Notes: generated by a model from the letters alone, not told the origin. DNA of 64,000 bases from Octopus vulgaris (GCA_951406725.2 OX597822.1:117180001-117244000), one strand, 5' to 3'. Shown: positions 43,260-56,477, counted from the first letter of the stretch. Made by a program: numbers and translations.

Positions 43260-44058
43260 TGTGAATTAAGGCTACTGTTGGTTTCATGTTGAGAAAACTA
43301 GGAGGATATCCTGTTGTCTTAAGAATTTTTCAAGCCGATCACATGGAGAAAGGTGTTCACCTCCATTTTGGAAATCACAGCCTCGTTTAGTTCGCGGAGA
43401 TTCTCGTGAATTCTCGTGAATAAAACAATGGATCATGGGACATTACTCTTAGGTGGCATCTTTCGAATGTTTATCTCTCTTGGATTTGTCATTTGGGCAA
43501 ACTGTTGTGTGGTCAGTTTGTTTGAATTATTTTGTTTTTGTTCTGTGTGTGGTGTTCTTATACTTGTGTGTCATTGGGGCATATTTCTTCTGTGTGTAAA
43601 CTTTGTGTGCTATGTGTGTTCAGATTTCTCATTCAGGAAAAGGGCTATCCTGGTGAGATTACTGTCGCAGATGGTGCCTCTTTTTTGAAGTATTTGAATG
43701 TAAAATATTACTTGTGTATGCAGGGAGAGAAGGTTTCGTTCTTGATGTTTAGGATGTCATCTGTTGATTGTATAATGTTTAGTTTTTTAGTACTACAGAG
43801 TTCACATTCGGCACCCCATCCTCTGTATATTTTGGCTTTAGCAATAATTTTCCATTCTATTTGGGGGTTGCTTATTCTACCTTCTTTCAATGTCCACGTC
43901 ATATTTGACAAGGATGTTGCATTTAAAAAATGTTTGTCTCTGAACGATGCCAGATGTTGTGTATACCTTTCCTTGAATGTGTTGCCTATCATTCCGACAT
44001 ACATCTTTGCTACTCCACTGGGGTCCTTGATCTTGGCCTTGTATATGAGTTCTTTCTC
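43260..44058 (-). mobile_element. Penelope-like element 3' fragment (GIY-YIG endonuclease, Naiad-like C-terminus) plus likely 3' UTR
   Basis: LIYKA...MYVGMIGNTFKERYTQHLASF...LSNMTWTLK...IEWKII...CELCSTKK...LNIKNETFSPCIHK* (43708-44058); left boundary uncertain. Confidence 0.8.
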
Positions 44059-45402
44059 TCTATCTACCACAAGGCTTTGGTTGGCCCAATGCTATAGAAG
44101 AAGACACTTGCTCAAGGTGCCGTGCAGTGAAACTGAACCTGGAACCATGTGGTTGGGAAGCAAGCTTCTTACCACACTGCCACACCTGTGCGTAATATTT
44201 CATTATAATTTATGCTTCAAAATCCAACTTGATGACAATAGTGTTATAATTCAATAAATTCTTCATTACTTTCAAAATTTTTTGAAACACAGGCAGTGAA
44301 TTGCAACAGAAATATGGTCACAAAAGTATCAAATATGTTTACCCCTGACTTAAATGTGTGTTTTTCATGCAAAACATGGCTTTGGATTATCTCAGAACCT
44401 TGTCATTCTTTTTAGAAGAAATATTTTGGTTGAATCTGGAAAAAAAATATGCTTTTCCAGATGACACCACAGGATGTTCCAACACATCAAAACTGCTGAT
44501 ATTTCACTTATGCCATTGTAGAATTTGGTAAATTTTGTTCTTCATATTATCCAATGTTAAGATAGCAAGCTGGCAGAATTGTTAGTGTGTCAGACAAAAG
44601 GCTTAGTGTCATTTCTCCTGACCTTTATGTCCTGGTCAACTTTTATCTACTTTCATAGCTGATAAAGTAAGTACCAGCTGAATACTGGGGTTGAAGGAAT
44701 TAACACCCTCCTACCAAAATTGCTGGATTTATGCCAAATTTTGAAACAGTTATCATTATCATTGATAGGGTGAAAATTCCGCTCAGGGTCAACTTTGCCT
44801 TTCACCCTTTCAGGGTCAATAAATTAAATACCAGTTATGCATTGGGGTCGAAATAATTGACTAGTCCCCTCCCTTAAATTTCAGGCCTTGTGCCTATAGT
44901 AGAAAGGATTATTGACTGGGCGAGCTTGCTGAATTGTTGACATGTTGGGCAAAATGCTTTATGTTCCACCAAAGATTGACTTTGCCTTTCGTCCTTCTGA
45001 GGTTGATATTATAATTACCAGTTGAGCACTAGGGTTGATAGTAATTGACTAGTATCCTACATCAAGATTTCAGGCCATGTGCCTATCATAGAAAGGATCA
45101 TTATCATTTAGGTGGCAAACTGACAAAATTGTTAGTATGCTGGAAAGAAATGCCTAGTGGTATTTCTTCTGGCACTTTACTCTCTGAGTTCAAATTCCTC
45201 TGAGATCAACTATGATTTGCACCATTTCAAAATCAATAAGCTATCTACCAGCTGAGCACTGTGATCAATATAATAAACTAATGCCCACTCAGTAAAATTT
45301 TTGCTAAAGTTCCAAAATTTGAAGCCATATTATTCATTGTTCCTTATATTCCTATGATGGTCCTTTTCTGAAAATTCATTTATGTTTTGTATCTTTCTTT
45401 AG

Positions 45403-45594
45403 GAAGACGTGAAAATCAGATGGAGAGGAGAGAAGCAAGAATTCTTCCTTTTGTTGCTACCGGGTGAAAGCCTCGTCATGATCTTGCCCAACTGGCGATC
45501 GGTGGGACTTTCGTTCGTTTGTAACAATTGGGCTCACATCAAAGACTTCATCCCGACCAGTGCCACACAAATGGAAGAAACACATGAAATTTAA
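45403..45594 (+). other. Candidate terminal exon
   Basis: TTTTGTATCTTTCTTTAG|GAA GAC GTG...; unique, GC-richer sequence; phase-0 ORF of 63 aa to TAA. Confidence 0.4.
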
Positions 45595-45857
45595 TATTAT
45601 TTATGTTATGGACACTGTTCATTCACGATAAATATTAGGATAAATTGTAAACATTTATATCTACTGAATATTAATTATCATTTTTGCATATTAGGCGTAG
45701 GAGTGGCTGTGTGGTAAGTAGCTTGTTTACCAACCACATGGTTCCGGGTTCAGTCGCACTGCGTGGCACCTTGGGCAAGTGTTCCCTACTATAGCCTCGG
45801 GTCAACCAAAGCCCTGTGAGTGGATTTGGTAGATGGAAACTGAAGAAGCCCATCGTA

Positions 45858-45909
<52 letters not shown>

Positions 45910-46088
45910 TAATTGAATGAATTATCTTATTATGGATAATTCGGTTAACCGATACCTGGGTTGCAAATTCACGTCAGAGAAACACGGTTGAAGCTACATG
46001 CCAAGGGCAGAGATCACTATCATTATCGCTATGGGCTCCGTGTGGGCAGTCATCTAAAAGTTTTTGTGCATCTTTATGCTGACATAAG

Positions 46089-46188
46089 TTCCTTGTTTTT
46101 CCTGATGAGAAGGCGGCATAATGCACCCCTTATTCCTTCAAAATTAGGAATATGCAGCCTTCGAAACATATGTCGAAAATAAAGGAAT
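46089..46188 (+). ncRNA. Minimal type-I hammerhead ribozyme motif (Penelope pLTR/retrozyme type)
   Basis: Stem I TTCCTT-G-TTTTTC / GAAAA-TA-AAGGAA; core CTGATGA (46102-46108); stem II GAAGGC/GCCTTC with inner TATTCCT/AGGAATA hairpin; GAAA; palindromic stem III AC-ATAT-GT; GTC cleavage triplet ending at 46174. Confidence 0.8.
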
Positions 46189-46228
46189 TTTGTTAATTGT
46201 CGTTCAACTCCATTCTTTCATTCATTTG

Positions 46229-46266
<38 letters not shown>

Positions 46267-49189
46267 CCTGTGTTTGTCCCCCCACAACATTGCTTGACAT
46301 CCAATGCTGGTGTGTTTACATCCCTGTAACTTAGTTTAGCAAATAGAGACTGATAGAATAAGTACTAGGCTTACAAAGAATAAGTCCTGGGGGTCGATTA
46401 GCTCGACTAAAGGCGGTGCTCCAGCATTGCCACAGTCAAATGACTGAAACAAGTTAAAGAGTAAAAGAGTATGTGTGTTTCACCATTGTGGTTGCTTTGA
46501 ACCACAGTCTGCAGTCCAACGTCAGATTTCAGAGAATTATAATGCAATAAAATGTTCCCTTGATGATCCATTTTGGTTAAGCATCCAAATGCACTTGGAA
46601 CACCCAATGCAGAGTTCAAAAAATAAACCCACAACGATGAAACATGCATAGGAACAAATGATATAAACTTGTGTTTGTTGTAATTTCTCCTTTACCATAG
46701 GTATGGTTTTTGTTAAATAATGGTAAATAAAAGGGAAATTAATGATTAACTTAGTGTACTATTTTTGGTGTGTTATTTTTACTGTTTTGTCAGTGTGCCA
46801 TTCTTAGTTTACGGTTTTCATTTGTTGTTTTTTGTGTGTTGTTTTTAATGTCCTCCTCCTCCTCCTCCTCTTCCTCCTCATCGTCATCATCATCATCATC
46901 ATGTTCACTTTCTTGTTAAGGAAGACTTTCTATGATCAGGTACCCTTCCTGACACCAACCCTTGCCCATGTCAAAGTAAGGTAATATTGGTTTCAAATTT
47001 TGGCACAAGGCCAGCAAAATTCGTGGGAAGGGATAAGTCAGTTACACCGACCCCCAATGTTCCACTGGTACTTATTTTATCAGCCTCACAAGGATGAAAG
47101 TCAAAGTTGGCCTCAGTGGCATTTGAACTCAGAATGTAAAGACGGACAAAATACCACTAAATACCACCTGGCATACTAACGATTCTGCCAGCTTGCCACC
47201 TTCGTATCAAGGTTAATATTGCTTTAAAATTTTGGCACGAGGCCAGCAATTTCAGGGGAGGGCATCAGTTGATTACATTGACCCAGGGTTCAACTGGTAC
47301 TTATTTTATTCACCTTGGAAGGATGAAAGGCAGAGTCGCCTTTGGCAGCATTTGAACTCAAAATGTAAAGATGGACAAAATGCTGCTAAACATTTTTTCC
47401 AGTGTACTAGTGATCATGTCAGCTTGCTACCTTCCCAAGAAAGGTAATATTAACCCACGATGAGACGTTTTCACAGATGTTTATGAACAAAAAACACTGC
47501 TTACATGACTCTGACACTCGTTTTACACTGTCACGAAAAGTCAAAGTGAGGACACAGTAACACACACGCACATGCATGCATGCACACACCTGATAGACGT
47601 CTTTCAATTTCTGTTTATCAAATCCTGTAACAGGGCTTTGGTCAACCTAGGGATATAGTTGAAGACACTTATCCAAGGCACCATGCTGTAGGAACAAACC
47701 TGGGACCATGTGGTTGGTAAGCATGTTTCATACCATACAGCCATAAAAAAAAACAATAAACGTCGTCCTTTTCAAGCTTAGCGAAGCTCATGGGCCCAGT
47801 TTCCTGGGTTTCTGTGGCATATGTGTTCCCCCCCAGCTGGACGGGACGCCAGTCCATCGCAGCATTACTCAAGAAACAGGAAGAAAGAGTGAGAGAAAGA
47901 GTACAACAGGGGTCGCCACCACCCCCTGCCAGAGCCTTGTGGAGCTTTAGGTGTTTTTGCTAAACACACACAACGCCCGATCTGGGAATCGAAACCGTGA
48001 TCCTCCGACCGCGAGTCCGCTGCCCTAACCACTGGGCCATTGCGCCTCCACACCCTACAGCCATACTTGTTTTTAATGTAGTGTTTATAGTGTGTCGTAT
48101 TTGTGTGCTGTTTCTAGGTGTCATTTTTGTTGATTTTAATTTATTTAAACTCTATCTTTTCAAGAAATTATTTATTTTAGAAACACCAATTTATATTCCT
48201 TTGTCTATAACTATAATTACTCATTTAAAATAGCTGTAATTGCATGGTAGATGGAAATCTGATGAAATTTTCAAAATATGAATTAAAAAATTTAAAAAAT
48301 TGATTGGGTGCTTACCCCAAAATGTCTGAGTTATTTTTAAACATTTTGTGAGAGCTTTTATGAATTATAACAATTGATAAAGTTATGTGTTTAGCAATAG
48401 AAAACTTTTGTTGAAATGTGACCTCATTCGACGGCAGTTGATGTCACTTTAGCCTTCCTCGGCTAATCGGCAAAGTCTAATCGAGGATATAATCCAGCTG
48501 TGAAAAGATAAATTACCTTTAGAATGTGTAGGAGATATTATAGGTTTATTTCAACTTTTAGTCATAACAAAAGCAATCTTCTGGTTTATATTAGACTGTT
48601 GTATATCAAAGAGGGTCAAGAGTAGTGATAAGAGACAACTTTCAGTCCCACCCATTCACATTTATATAGTGTTTGGTTGCTTCAGATATGCTTAATAGAA
48701 AATACATGTATTATTAAAACCAATGAAAGAGTTTCTAAATGGTCTGTCAAGTTGCTAGAAATAACAGCCAAACCTCCAACACATCACATGTTACACTTTA
48801 AAAATTGAATGATATATTAAGTAATGCAGTCTCAGACAGGATCTTTTCTGTTTGGCTACTTTTCAATTTCTTCAATTTCTGTTCCAATTGATTTCATAGT
48901 TGGTGTAATGATGTAGTTTTGTATGTTAATCATTGCTATGAAATTCATTTACACCATAAATCAACAATCAAAGAGTTATTAGCTTTTAAAGTTTGCCAAT
49001 CTGGGGTAATTTTAGCCAATTGTAAGTCACAGACTCATTCATGCCTGTTTCCATAGTAACAAGCCAAACACCCAAACTCTTTGCTCTGCAAGGAAGCACA
49101 TATGTTGGCAAATATATTCTATGTGAAACCATATGTGTTGACACTGTGTTCTACTGCTTGTGCCCATCTGTTTGGAAATTTTACCTGTC

Positions 49190-49560
49190 TGTTTGGAGAT
49201 GCAAAGAGTCTGTGTCTGTGAGGAAAGATATGTGGTTTGAAGGTGGCACCTGTTCTCTTGGAACAGTATTGCTTTTCTTGTTCTCGTGGGTCAAGGAATT
49301 GACTTCAGTCCACTTTTGTGCAGAAGAACAGCAGATGAGCCATTGCACAGCCGTTGGGAAATATGTGCGGACCTGCTTGTCATCCATTTAAGATTGGCAG
49401 CCCTGGGAAGAGTGTTGAGATTGATGAAGCAGTCTTCTCAAGGTGTAAATACAACTGAGGAAGGGTCCTACCTGAGCAGTGAGTTATCAGAGGAGTGTGT
49501 CACAAGACCAGACAGGTTTTTCTTTATGCGGTGCCATGTCAGAATTGTGACATGCTGGAG
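49190..49560 (+). pseudogene. Merlin (IS1016/IS1595-like) DDE transposase remnant
   Basis: SVRKDMWFEGG...LLFLFSW then KIGSPGKSVEIDEAVFSRCKYN*GRVLPEQ*VIRGV, matching the Merlin VEIDE...KYNRGR...WVFG pattern. Confidence 0.75.
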
Positions 49561-49836
49561 AAATGAAAATGTCACCTGATTCTTCCAGGAACCACAATTT
49601 TCAGCGATTTGTGAAGGACGTGCTCTCACATTCCTAAAATTGCTGGTTACAATTTTGAACAGAGAATGGTGAACCACAGAGTTGGGTTCATTAACTGAAA
49701 AGATGATACCCACATGCAGATGTACGATTTTCCACATGTCAGGTAATGAAATGATCGCAGAGTGACATGAAATGAATCGAAACCATGGTCTTGCAATTGT
49801 GAGTGCGACACCCGAACCACTAAGCCATTGCGCCTT

Positions 49837-49893
<57 letters not shown>

Positions 49894-50119
49894 TCACACA
49901 CACACACACACAAGACACAAGGAGTTTTCATCAAGGTATGCACTAAGAGTGCTTAATTTGGTATGACTCCAAAATTCCAGTTTGAGCTGCAGTTGAGCAT
50001 GTGATGTGACTGCCTCTCTGAAGCAGCTTCCCTTTGAGCAGGTAGGTATAGAATAAAATAGAAATAAAAAGATAAATGGTTTGGCAAGACTTGAGAAAAG
50101 CATTTAATTTAGCTATGTG

Positions 50120-50165
<46 letters not shown>

Positions 50166-51160
50166 GGTGCAAAGAAGGTGAAAATAATGGCAACGAAAAA
50201 AGCGCACGAGCAATTGGCTGATAGGTGGGAGGAGAAACCTCTGCACGGCAAATATGTGGCCCGCAGCAAACAAACTGATGTTGACCAGAAGCAAACCCAT
50301 CAGTGGCTACGGAGCTCAGGGCTAAAAGCAGAGAGCAAAGGTTTCATCCTGGCTGCTCAAGATCAAAGCCTATTAACCCGGAACTACCAGGCCAATGTGA
50401 TGAAAAATGGAGCAGACCCAAAATGCCGATTCTGCAACGACATGATTGAAACAGTGGACCACCTAATCTCTGGATGTAAAGTCTTAGCACCAGTGGAGTA
50501 TAAATTAAGACATGACAGAGTTGGCCAATATCTACACTGGCTAATAAGTCGGCATTACAATATCAAAACTGCCGACAAGTGGTATAATCACCACCCTGAA
50601 GCTGTAACTGAAGGAGAAAATGTAAAGATTCTGTGGGACTTTCCAGTACATACAGACCGAACCATCAAAGCCAATAAACCAGATATTGTTGTGAAAGACA
50701 AAAACAATAAAGTTTGCTTATTGATCGACATGAGCATCCCCTGTGATCATAATATCTCGGCAAAAGAGTTTGACAAGCTCAGAAAATATAAAGACCTGCT
50801 CATTGAAATTGAGAAAATGTGGCATCTCAAGGCAGTTACAATACCAGTGATCATAGGAGCACTAGGAATGATCAAGAAGGGAACCGAAAATTATATGAGA
50901 ATGATCCCTGGCTTACCATCCCTGCAAGAAGTGCAAAAGATTGTCTTAACTGGTACATCACACGTATTGAGAAGAGCATTGTCGATGTGAGAACTATTAC
51001 TACCCATGTATTTTAATTTAACTTAAAAAAAAAAAATGAACGAACTAGTGAGTTTAGTTTAATGGCCTACCAATGTATACTATGAGTTTCTTTGCCCTAG
51101 GAGTTGGGAAGACACTCGGCAAGAAATGGAAGCAAATTTGAAAGAAGAAAAAAAAAATAA
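50166..51160 (+). mobile_element. 5'-truncated RLE-type non-LTR retrotransposon (R4/Dong-like) inserted in a TAA microsatellite
   Basis: Open 270-aa ORF 50178-50990 with CCHC knuckle (CRFC..ETVDHLISGC), RHD motif and restriction-like endonuclease (KPDIVV...LLIDMSIP...KLRKY); A-rich tail; (TAA)n on both sides. Confidence 0.9.
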
Positions 51161-51191
51161 ATAATAATAATAATTTATAAGGTACACACAG

Positions 51192-51251
51192 TCTCTAACA
51201 GCTGTTTCTAGAAAATCCAAGCTATTGGAACATCATACTATCATCAGAGAG
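51192..51251 (-). ncRNA. Hammerhead ribozyme-like motif
   Basis: Minus strand CTCT-CTGATGA-TAG...TCCAA-TAGC-TTGGA...CTA-GAAAC-AGCT-GTT-AGAG; partial inverted copy at ~51308-51350 lacks CTGATGA. Confidence 0.6.
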
Positions 51252-51441
51252 GGAGAGGTTAAACATATGTAACAGTGAAGGAACATGCTGGAATCTTTGC
51301 TCGACACAATGTTCCAACAGTTTGGATATTCTAGAAACAGCTGTCAGAAACTGTGTATATCCTTTTATTATTATATTGCTCAATTAAATGTCCTTTCCAA
51401 GTCTAACCAAACACTTTACCTTTTCAATTCTGTTTTAATAC

Positions 51442-51494
<53 letters not shown>

Positions 51495-51797
51495 GTGGGG
51501 TTGCAAAAGTAGGTATACAGTTATGAAAAAAGAAAACATAGAACTCAGCATAGCTCTATGGCTTGCCAGATCCAGTCAAAATGCTGTCCAACCCATGCCA
51601 GCATAGAAAATGTACATTAAATAATAAAGATGATTTTTGATCTCTTTTATAAAGTTATTCATAGGCACAGGTGTGGTAAGGAGCTTGCTTCCCAACCACA
51701 TGGTTCTGGGTCCTACTGCATGGCACCATGGACAAGTGGCTTTTACTATAGCCTTGTGAATGGATTTGGTTGATGGAAACTGAAAGAAGCTTGTCAT

Positions 51798-54212
51798 ATC
51801 ATCATCATCATCATCATCATCATTTAATGTCTGTTATCTATGCCGGCATGGGTTGGATGGTTTGACCAGAGCTGATAAACCAAGGGGCTGCACCAGACTC
51901 CCGTCTGATTTGATACAGTTTCTACAGCTGGATGCCCTTCCTAATGCCAACCACTCCAAGAGTATAATGGGTGCTTTTATGTACCACTGGCTGCCAGTTG
52001 TGTGACACCAGTAACTGCCATGACTACAGTTTCACTTGGCTTGATGGGTCTTCTACTTAAGCATAGCATATTGCTGAAGGTATTGGTCATTTGTCATTGC
52101 CTCCGTCAGGCCTAATGCTCAATAGTTGCTTTTTATGTGCCACTGGCACAGATGTTACTTACATGACACCAGCACAAGTGCTAGCTATGAGACACCACCA
52201 GCAGCCACATTGTCTCTGTGAGGCCCAACACTCAAAAGGTGCATTTTATGTGTCACTAGCATTGACCATGAATACGATTCCACTTGGCTTGATATGTCTT
52301 CTCAAGCATGGCATATTGCCAAAGGTCTCAGTCACTTAGCATTGCCTCAGTGAGGCTCAAAGTTTGAAGATCATGCTTCACCACCTCATCTCATGTCTTC
52401 CTAGGTCTACCCCATCTACAGGTTCCCTCCGCAGTTAGAGATCAGCAGTTCTTTACTCAGTTGCCCTTATCCTTATGCATCACATGATCATACCAGCGCA
52501 GTCGTCTCTCTTGCACACCACATCTGATTCTTCTTACGCTTAACTTTTCTCTCAAGATGCTTACACTCTGTTGAACATGCACACTGACATTGCACATCCA
52601 GCGAAGCATACTAGCTTCATTTTCTTTCAAGCCTACACATGTCTTTGGCAGTCACAGCCCATGTTTCACTGCCATTTAACATAGCTGTTTGCACACAGGT
52701 ACCATACAGTCTGCCTTACTCTCTGAGGGAGAGGCTTTTTGTTACCAACAGAGGTTTGAGCTTTCTGAATTTTGCCCATCCCATTCTTATTCTCACAGCT
52801 ATTCTCTTGGAGCATCCGCTTCTGCTACTGATTTGGTCACCTGGATAATGGAAGTTATCAATTACCTCTAGTGTACCCCACTGGCATTTGATGGAGTCTA
52901 TTTTCTATACATTTTTAGTGTTCATTGTACCTGTGCACCTTCCACACACAAAAACTATTTTCCCAGTTAGCCTTCCTCTGATATTGCAGCACCTCTTTAT
53001 GTGTCCATAGCTTGCATTGGGTACATCTTATAGAATTTCTACCTTTGCCTTTCCTACATCTACCTGAAAGCATCTATGACTTCTCTGCTTTCTTACTTAC
53101 TAAAACTTTGGTTTTTGCTTGGTTAACTTGAAGGACCTTCAATTATAGACCTTGTTTCCACACCTGAAATTTCTCCTCTAGTTCTGGTAGTGATTCAGCT
53201 ATAAGAACAAGGTTATCAGCATAGAGGAGCTCTCAGGGGCAGCACATCTTAAATTCCGGTTATTGAACAGGAGGGGGCCGGGGACTGATCCTTGGTGAAC
53301 CCTTACTTGTAACCTGAATACATTGCTATACTTGTTGCCAACCCTCACCTTATAGGCAGCATCCCAGTACATGGCTTGTACAGATCTCATTAACCTCTTG
53401 TCTATCCCTAGTTTTCTCATTGACCAGATAAGGGATTGGTGGACCCCATCAAAGGCTTTTTCCATATCAACAAAAGTGAAGTACAAAGGTTTATCTTTGG
53501 CTAGGTATTTCTTCTACAGCTGCCTTACCAGAAATATAGCACCATTGGTGTTTCTCCCTGGCACAAAGCCAAACTCATATTGACAAACTCTCTCCCTAAT
53601 TAGTTGGGTTATGAACCTCTCTGTGACTTTCATCACCTGATCCAACAATTTGATACCTCCGTAATTATTTCTATCTAAGGCATCACTTTTACATTTGTAG
53701 CAGTTGATTATGGTGCTGCTACACCAGTCACTGGGCATGACTCCTTCGCCTACCCCCCAATTAACGATAGGGGTGATTAAACCATAACCACACTAGATAT
53801 CTTAAACATCTCAGTGGTTATTCCGGATGGGCCAGGGGATTTTCCTGTCTTCATATCCTTCATGGCTTTGTCTACAATGCAACATTTAGTAGCCTTTCAT
53901 AGTGGCACTTCCAAGCCTCTTTCTTTTCAGAGTCACTAACTGCAAGTGAACCATCATCCATGCAAACACATTTCTCTACAACATCACAATTTTGCCTGCT
54001 ACACTGTCTTGCAATCTGAAACACTTCAAGCCACTGACCTTCATGCTGCAGAACATTGGCAAACCTCTCCCTTTCTGCTTCACCCCTGGCTAAGTATACC
54101 CGCTTCCTAGCTTCCCTTCTAGCTGCCTGAAATAGCTCCTTGCCACCACCATGCTTCCAGTCCTTCCAAGCTTGTTTCTTTGTTCTAATGGCCTTGTGAA
54201 CTACATTGTTCC
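51798..54212 (-). mobile_element. Degenerate RTE-clade LINE, ~2.4 kb, spanning the RT domain
   Basis: NYGGIKLLDQVMKV, YEFGFVPGRNTNGAIFLVRQL, FVDMEKAFD, VHQGSVPGPLLF; same 3' UTR and tail as 14563-15948. Confidence 0.9.
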
Positions 54213-54221
54213 ACTCTTGGT

Positions 54222-54330
54222 CTGGTTGGGACTTGGTACCACCTACAAATATCTTAGTATCATCAGCATAAGATAGAATACTAGAATGCAGTGTGGAACT
54301 AAGCGAGGAAGGGAGAAACAAAAACTTATC
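54222..54330 (-). mobile_element. Short CR1/Jockey-like RT fragment abutting the RTE copy
   Basis: LPSSLSSTLHSSILSYADDTKIF (YADDTK motif). Confidence 0.55.
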
Positions 54331-54359
54331 TGCACATAACTGGATGGATGTGAGTGAAA

Positions 54360-55729
54360 TCATCATCATCATCATCATCATTTAGCGTCCGCTTTCCATG
54401 CTAGCATGGGTTGGACGGTTCAACTGGGGTCTGTGAAGCTGGAAGGCTTCGTCAGGCCCAGTCAGATCTGGCAGTGTTTCTACGGCTGGATGCCCTTCCT
54501 AATGCCAATGTAAGATGGCTAAATCCATAATGAAGCACATGTTGGCCAGGTATCATCATCATCATCATCATCATCATTTAGCGTCCGCTTTCCATGCTAG
54601 CATGGGTTGGACGGGTCAACTGGGGTCTGTGAAGCTGGAAGGCTTCGTCAGGCCCAGTCAGATCTGGCAGTGTTTCTACGGCTGGATGCCCTTCCTAATG
54701 CCAATGTAAGATGGCTAAATCCATAATGAAGCACATGTTGGCCAGGTATCATCATCATCATCATCATCATCATTTAGCGTCCGCTTTCCATGCTAGCATG
54801 GGTTGGACGGGTCAACTGGGGTCTGTGAAGCTGGAAGGCTTCGTCAGGCCCAGTCAGATCTGGCAGTGTTTCTACGGCTGGATGCCCTTCCTAATGCCAA
54901 TGTAAGATGGCTAAATCCATAATGAAGCACATGTTGGCCAGGTATCATCATCATCATCATCATCATCATTTAGCGTCCGCTTTCCATGCTAGCATGGGTT
55001 GGACGGTTCAACTGGGGTCTGGGAAGTTGGAAGGCTTCGTCAGGCCCAGTCAGATCTGGCAGTGTTTCTACGGCTGGATGCCCTTCCTAATGCCAATGTA
55101 AGATGGCTAAATCCATAATGAAGCACATGTTGGCCAGGTATCATCATCATCATCATCATCATCATTTAGCGTCCGCTTTCCATGCTAGCATGGGTTGGAC
55201 GGGTCAACTGGGGTCTGTGAAGCTGGAAGGCTTCGTCAGGCCCAGTCAGATCTGGTAGTGTTTCTACGGCTGGATGCCCTTCCTAATGCCAATGTAAGAT
55301 GGCTAAATCCATAATGAAGCACATGTTGGCCAGGTATCATCATCATCATCATCATCATCATTTAGCGTCCGCTTTCCATGCTAGCATGGGTTGGACGGTT
55401 CAACTGGGGTCTGGGAAGTTGGAAGGCTTCGTCAGGCCCAGTCAGATCTGGCAGTGTTTCTACGGCTGGATGCCCTTCCTAATGCCAATGTAAGATGGCT
55501 AAATCCATAATGAAGCACATGTTGGCCAGGTATCATCATCATCATCATCATCATCATTTAGCGTCCGCTTTCCATGCTAGCATGGGTTGGACGGTTCAAC
55601 TGGGGTCTGGGAAGCTGGAAGGCTTCGTCAGGCCCAGTCAGATCTGGCAGTGTTTCTACGGCTGGATGCCCTACCTAACGCCAATGTAAGATGGCTAAAT
55701 CCATAATGAAGCACATGTTGGCCAGGTAT
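54360..55729. repeat. 196-bp tandem repeat, 7 copies (RTE 3' end plus ~45 bp unique flank)
   Basis: ATGGCTAAATCC recurs at 54515, 54711, 54907, 55103, 55299, 55495, 55691. Confidence 0.95.
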
Positions 55730-56477
55730 GTTTATTTATATGGGTAGCCAAAAGGAAGTAAGATGGCTGATGGAAATGAAGACCGAGGTAGGATTTTGGA
55801 ACAAAACATGATGCCTGGAGCTACTAGCAAAATTTGAAAGCCGATACGAACAAAATTGAAAAGTTGTTTTCAAAACAAGACCACAACAGGGTAGCTGAAA
55901 GGAACCCCCATCATTGCTTGAGTTTCGTCCCACTAAATCCACCCACAAGGCATAGCTTGAGGCTGTAGTAGAAGACAACTTAGCCAAGGTGCTATGCAGG
56001 GTGGCTGAACCTGGAGCCATGCAGGCACCAATAAAAAAACAATAAAAAGATGAAATAGGACTACACAGGATCACTGAAGTCTAGAAATTTTAGGAGCTTT
56101 GTAATAGGGAAGCGGAAATAAAAAAAAACAAAAAAAACCCAGTTATTTCTATGCATTTTCTTTATTAAACTTCCAATCTAGACAGATATTATGAAGAAAT
56201 GATTTTGATATAAATGTTCTTGTATTTGTTGAATTCACATTTTTATACAACGGTGAGAAATACAACAAAATATATTTCTTTGGTTGGACTTGGTAATGAA
56301 TAGTTTGATTGGTTGAATATACGGACAGACTGATAGATATACAGGTTATTAAAAATTTACAAGAATTTATATTTTATTTAAACAAGTATAAAATGCTTAT
56401 CAAAGTAAAGTACGCAATTGCGTTAACAAAATATAATCAAAAACAAGCATTTACAATTTCTTTTGTTCTCTGCTTAA

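Noticed and set aside
42275-43292. MYVC/HTYI-repeat ORFs (also 30509-31875)
   Set aside because: (CATA)n microsatellites
43532-44257. 241-aa plus-strand ORF
   Set aside because: Antisense of the GIY-YIG fragment running into a SINE
54515-55689. Repeated 64-aa His-rich ORFs; CRISPR-like periodicity
   Set aside because: Antisense RTE 3' UTR plus (CAT)n; whole units are near-identical with no unique spacers and no cas genes
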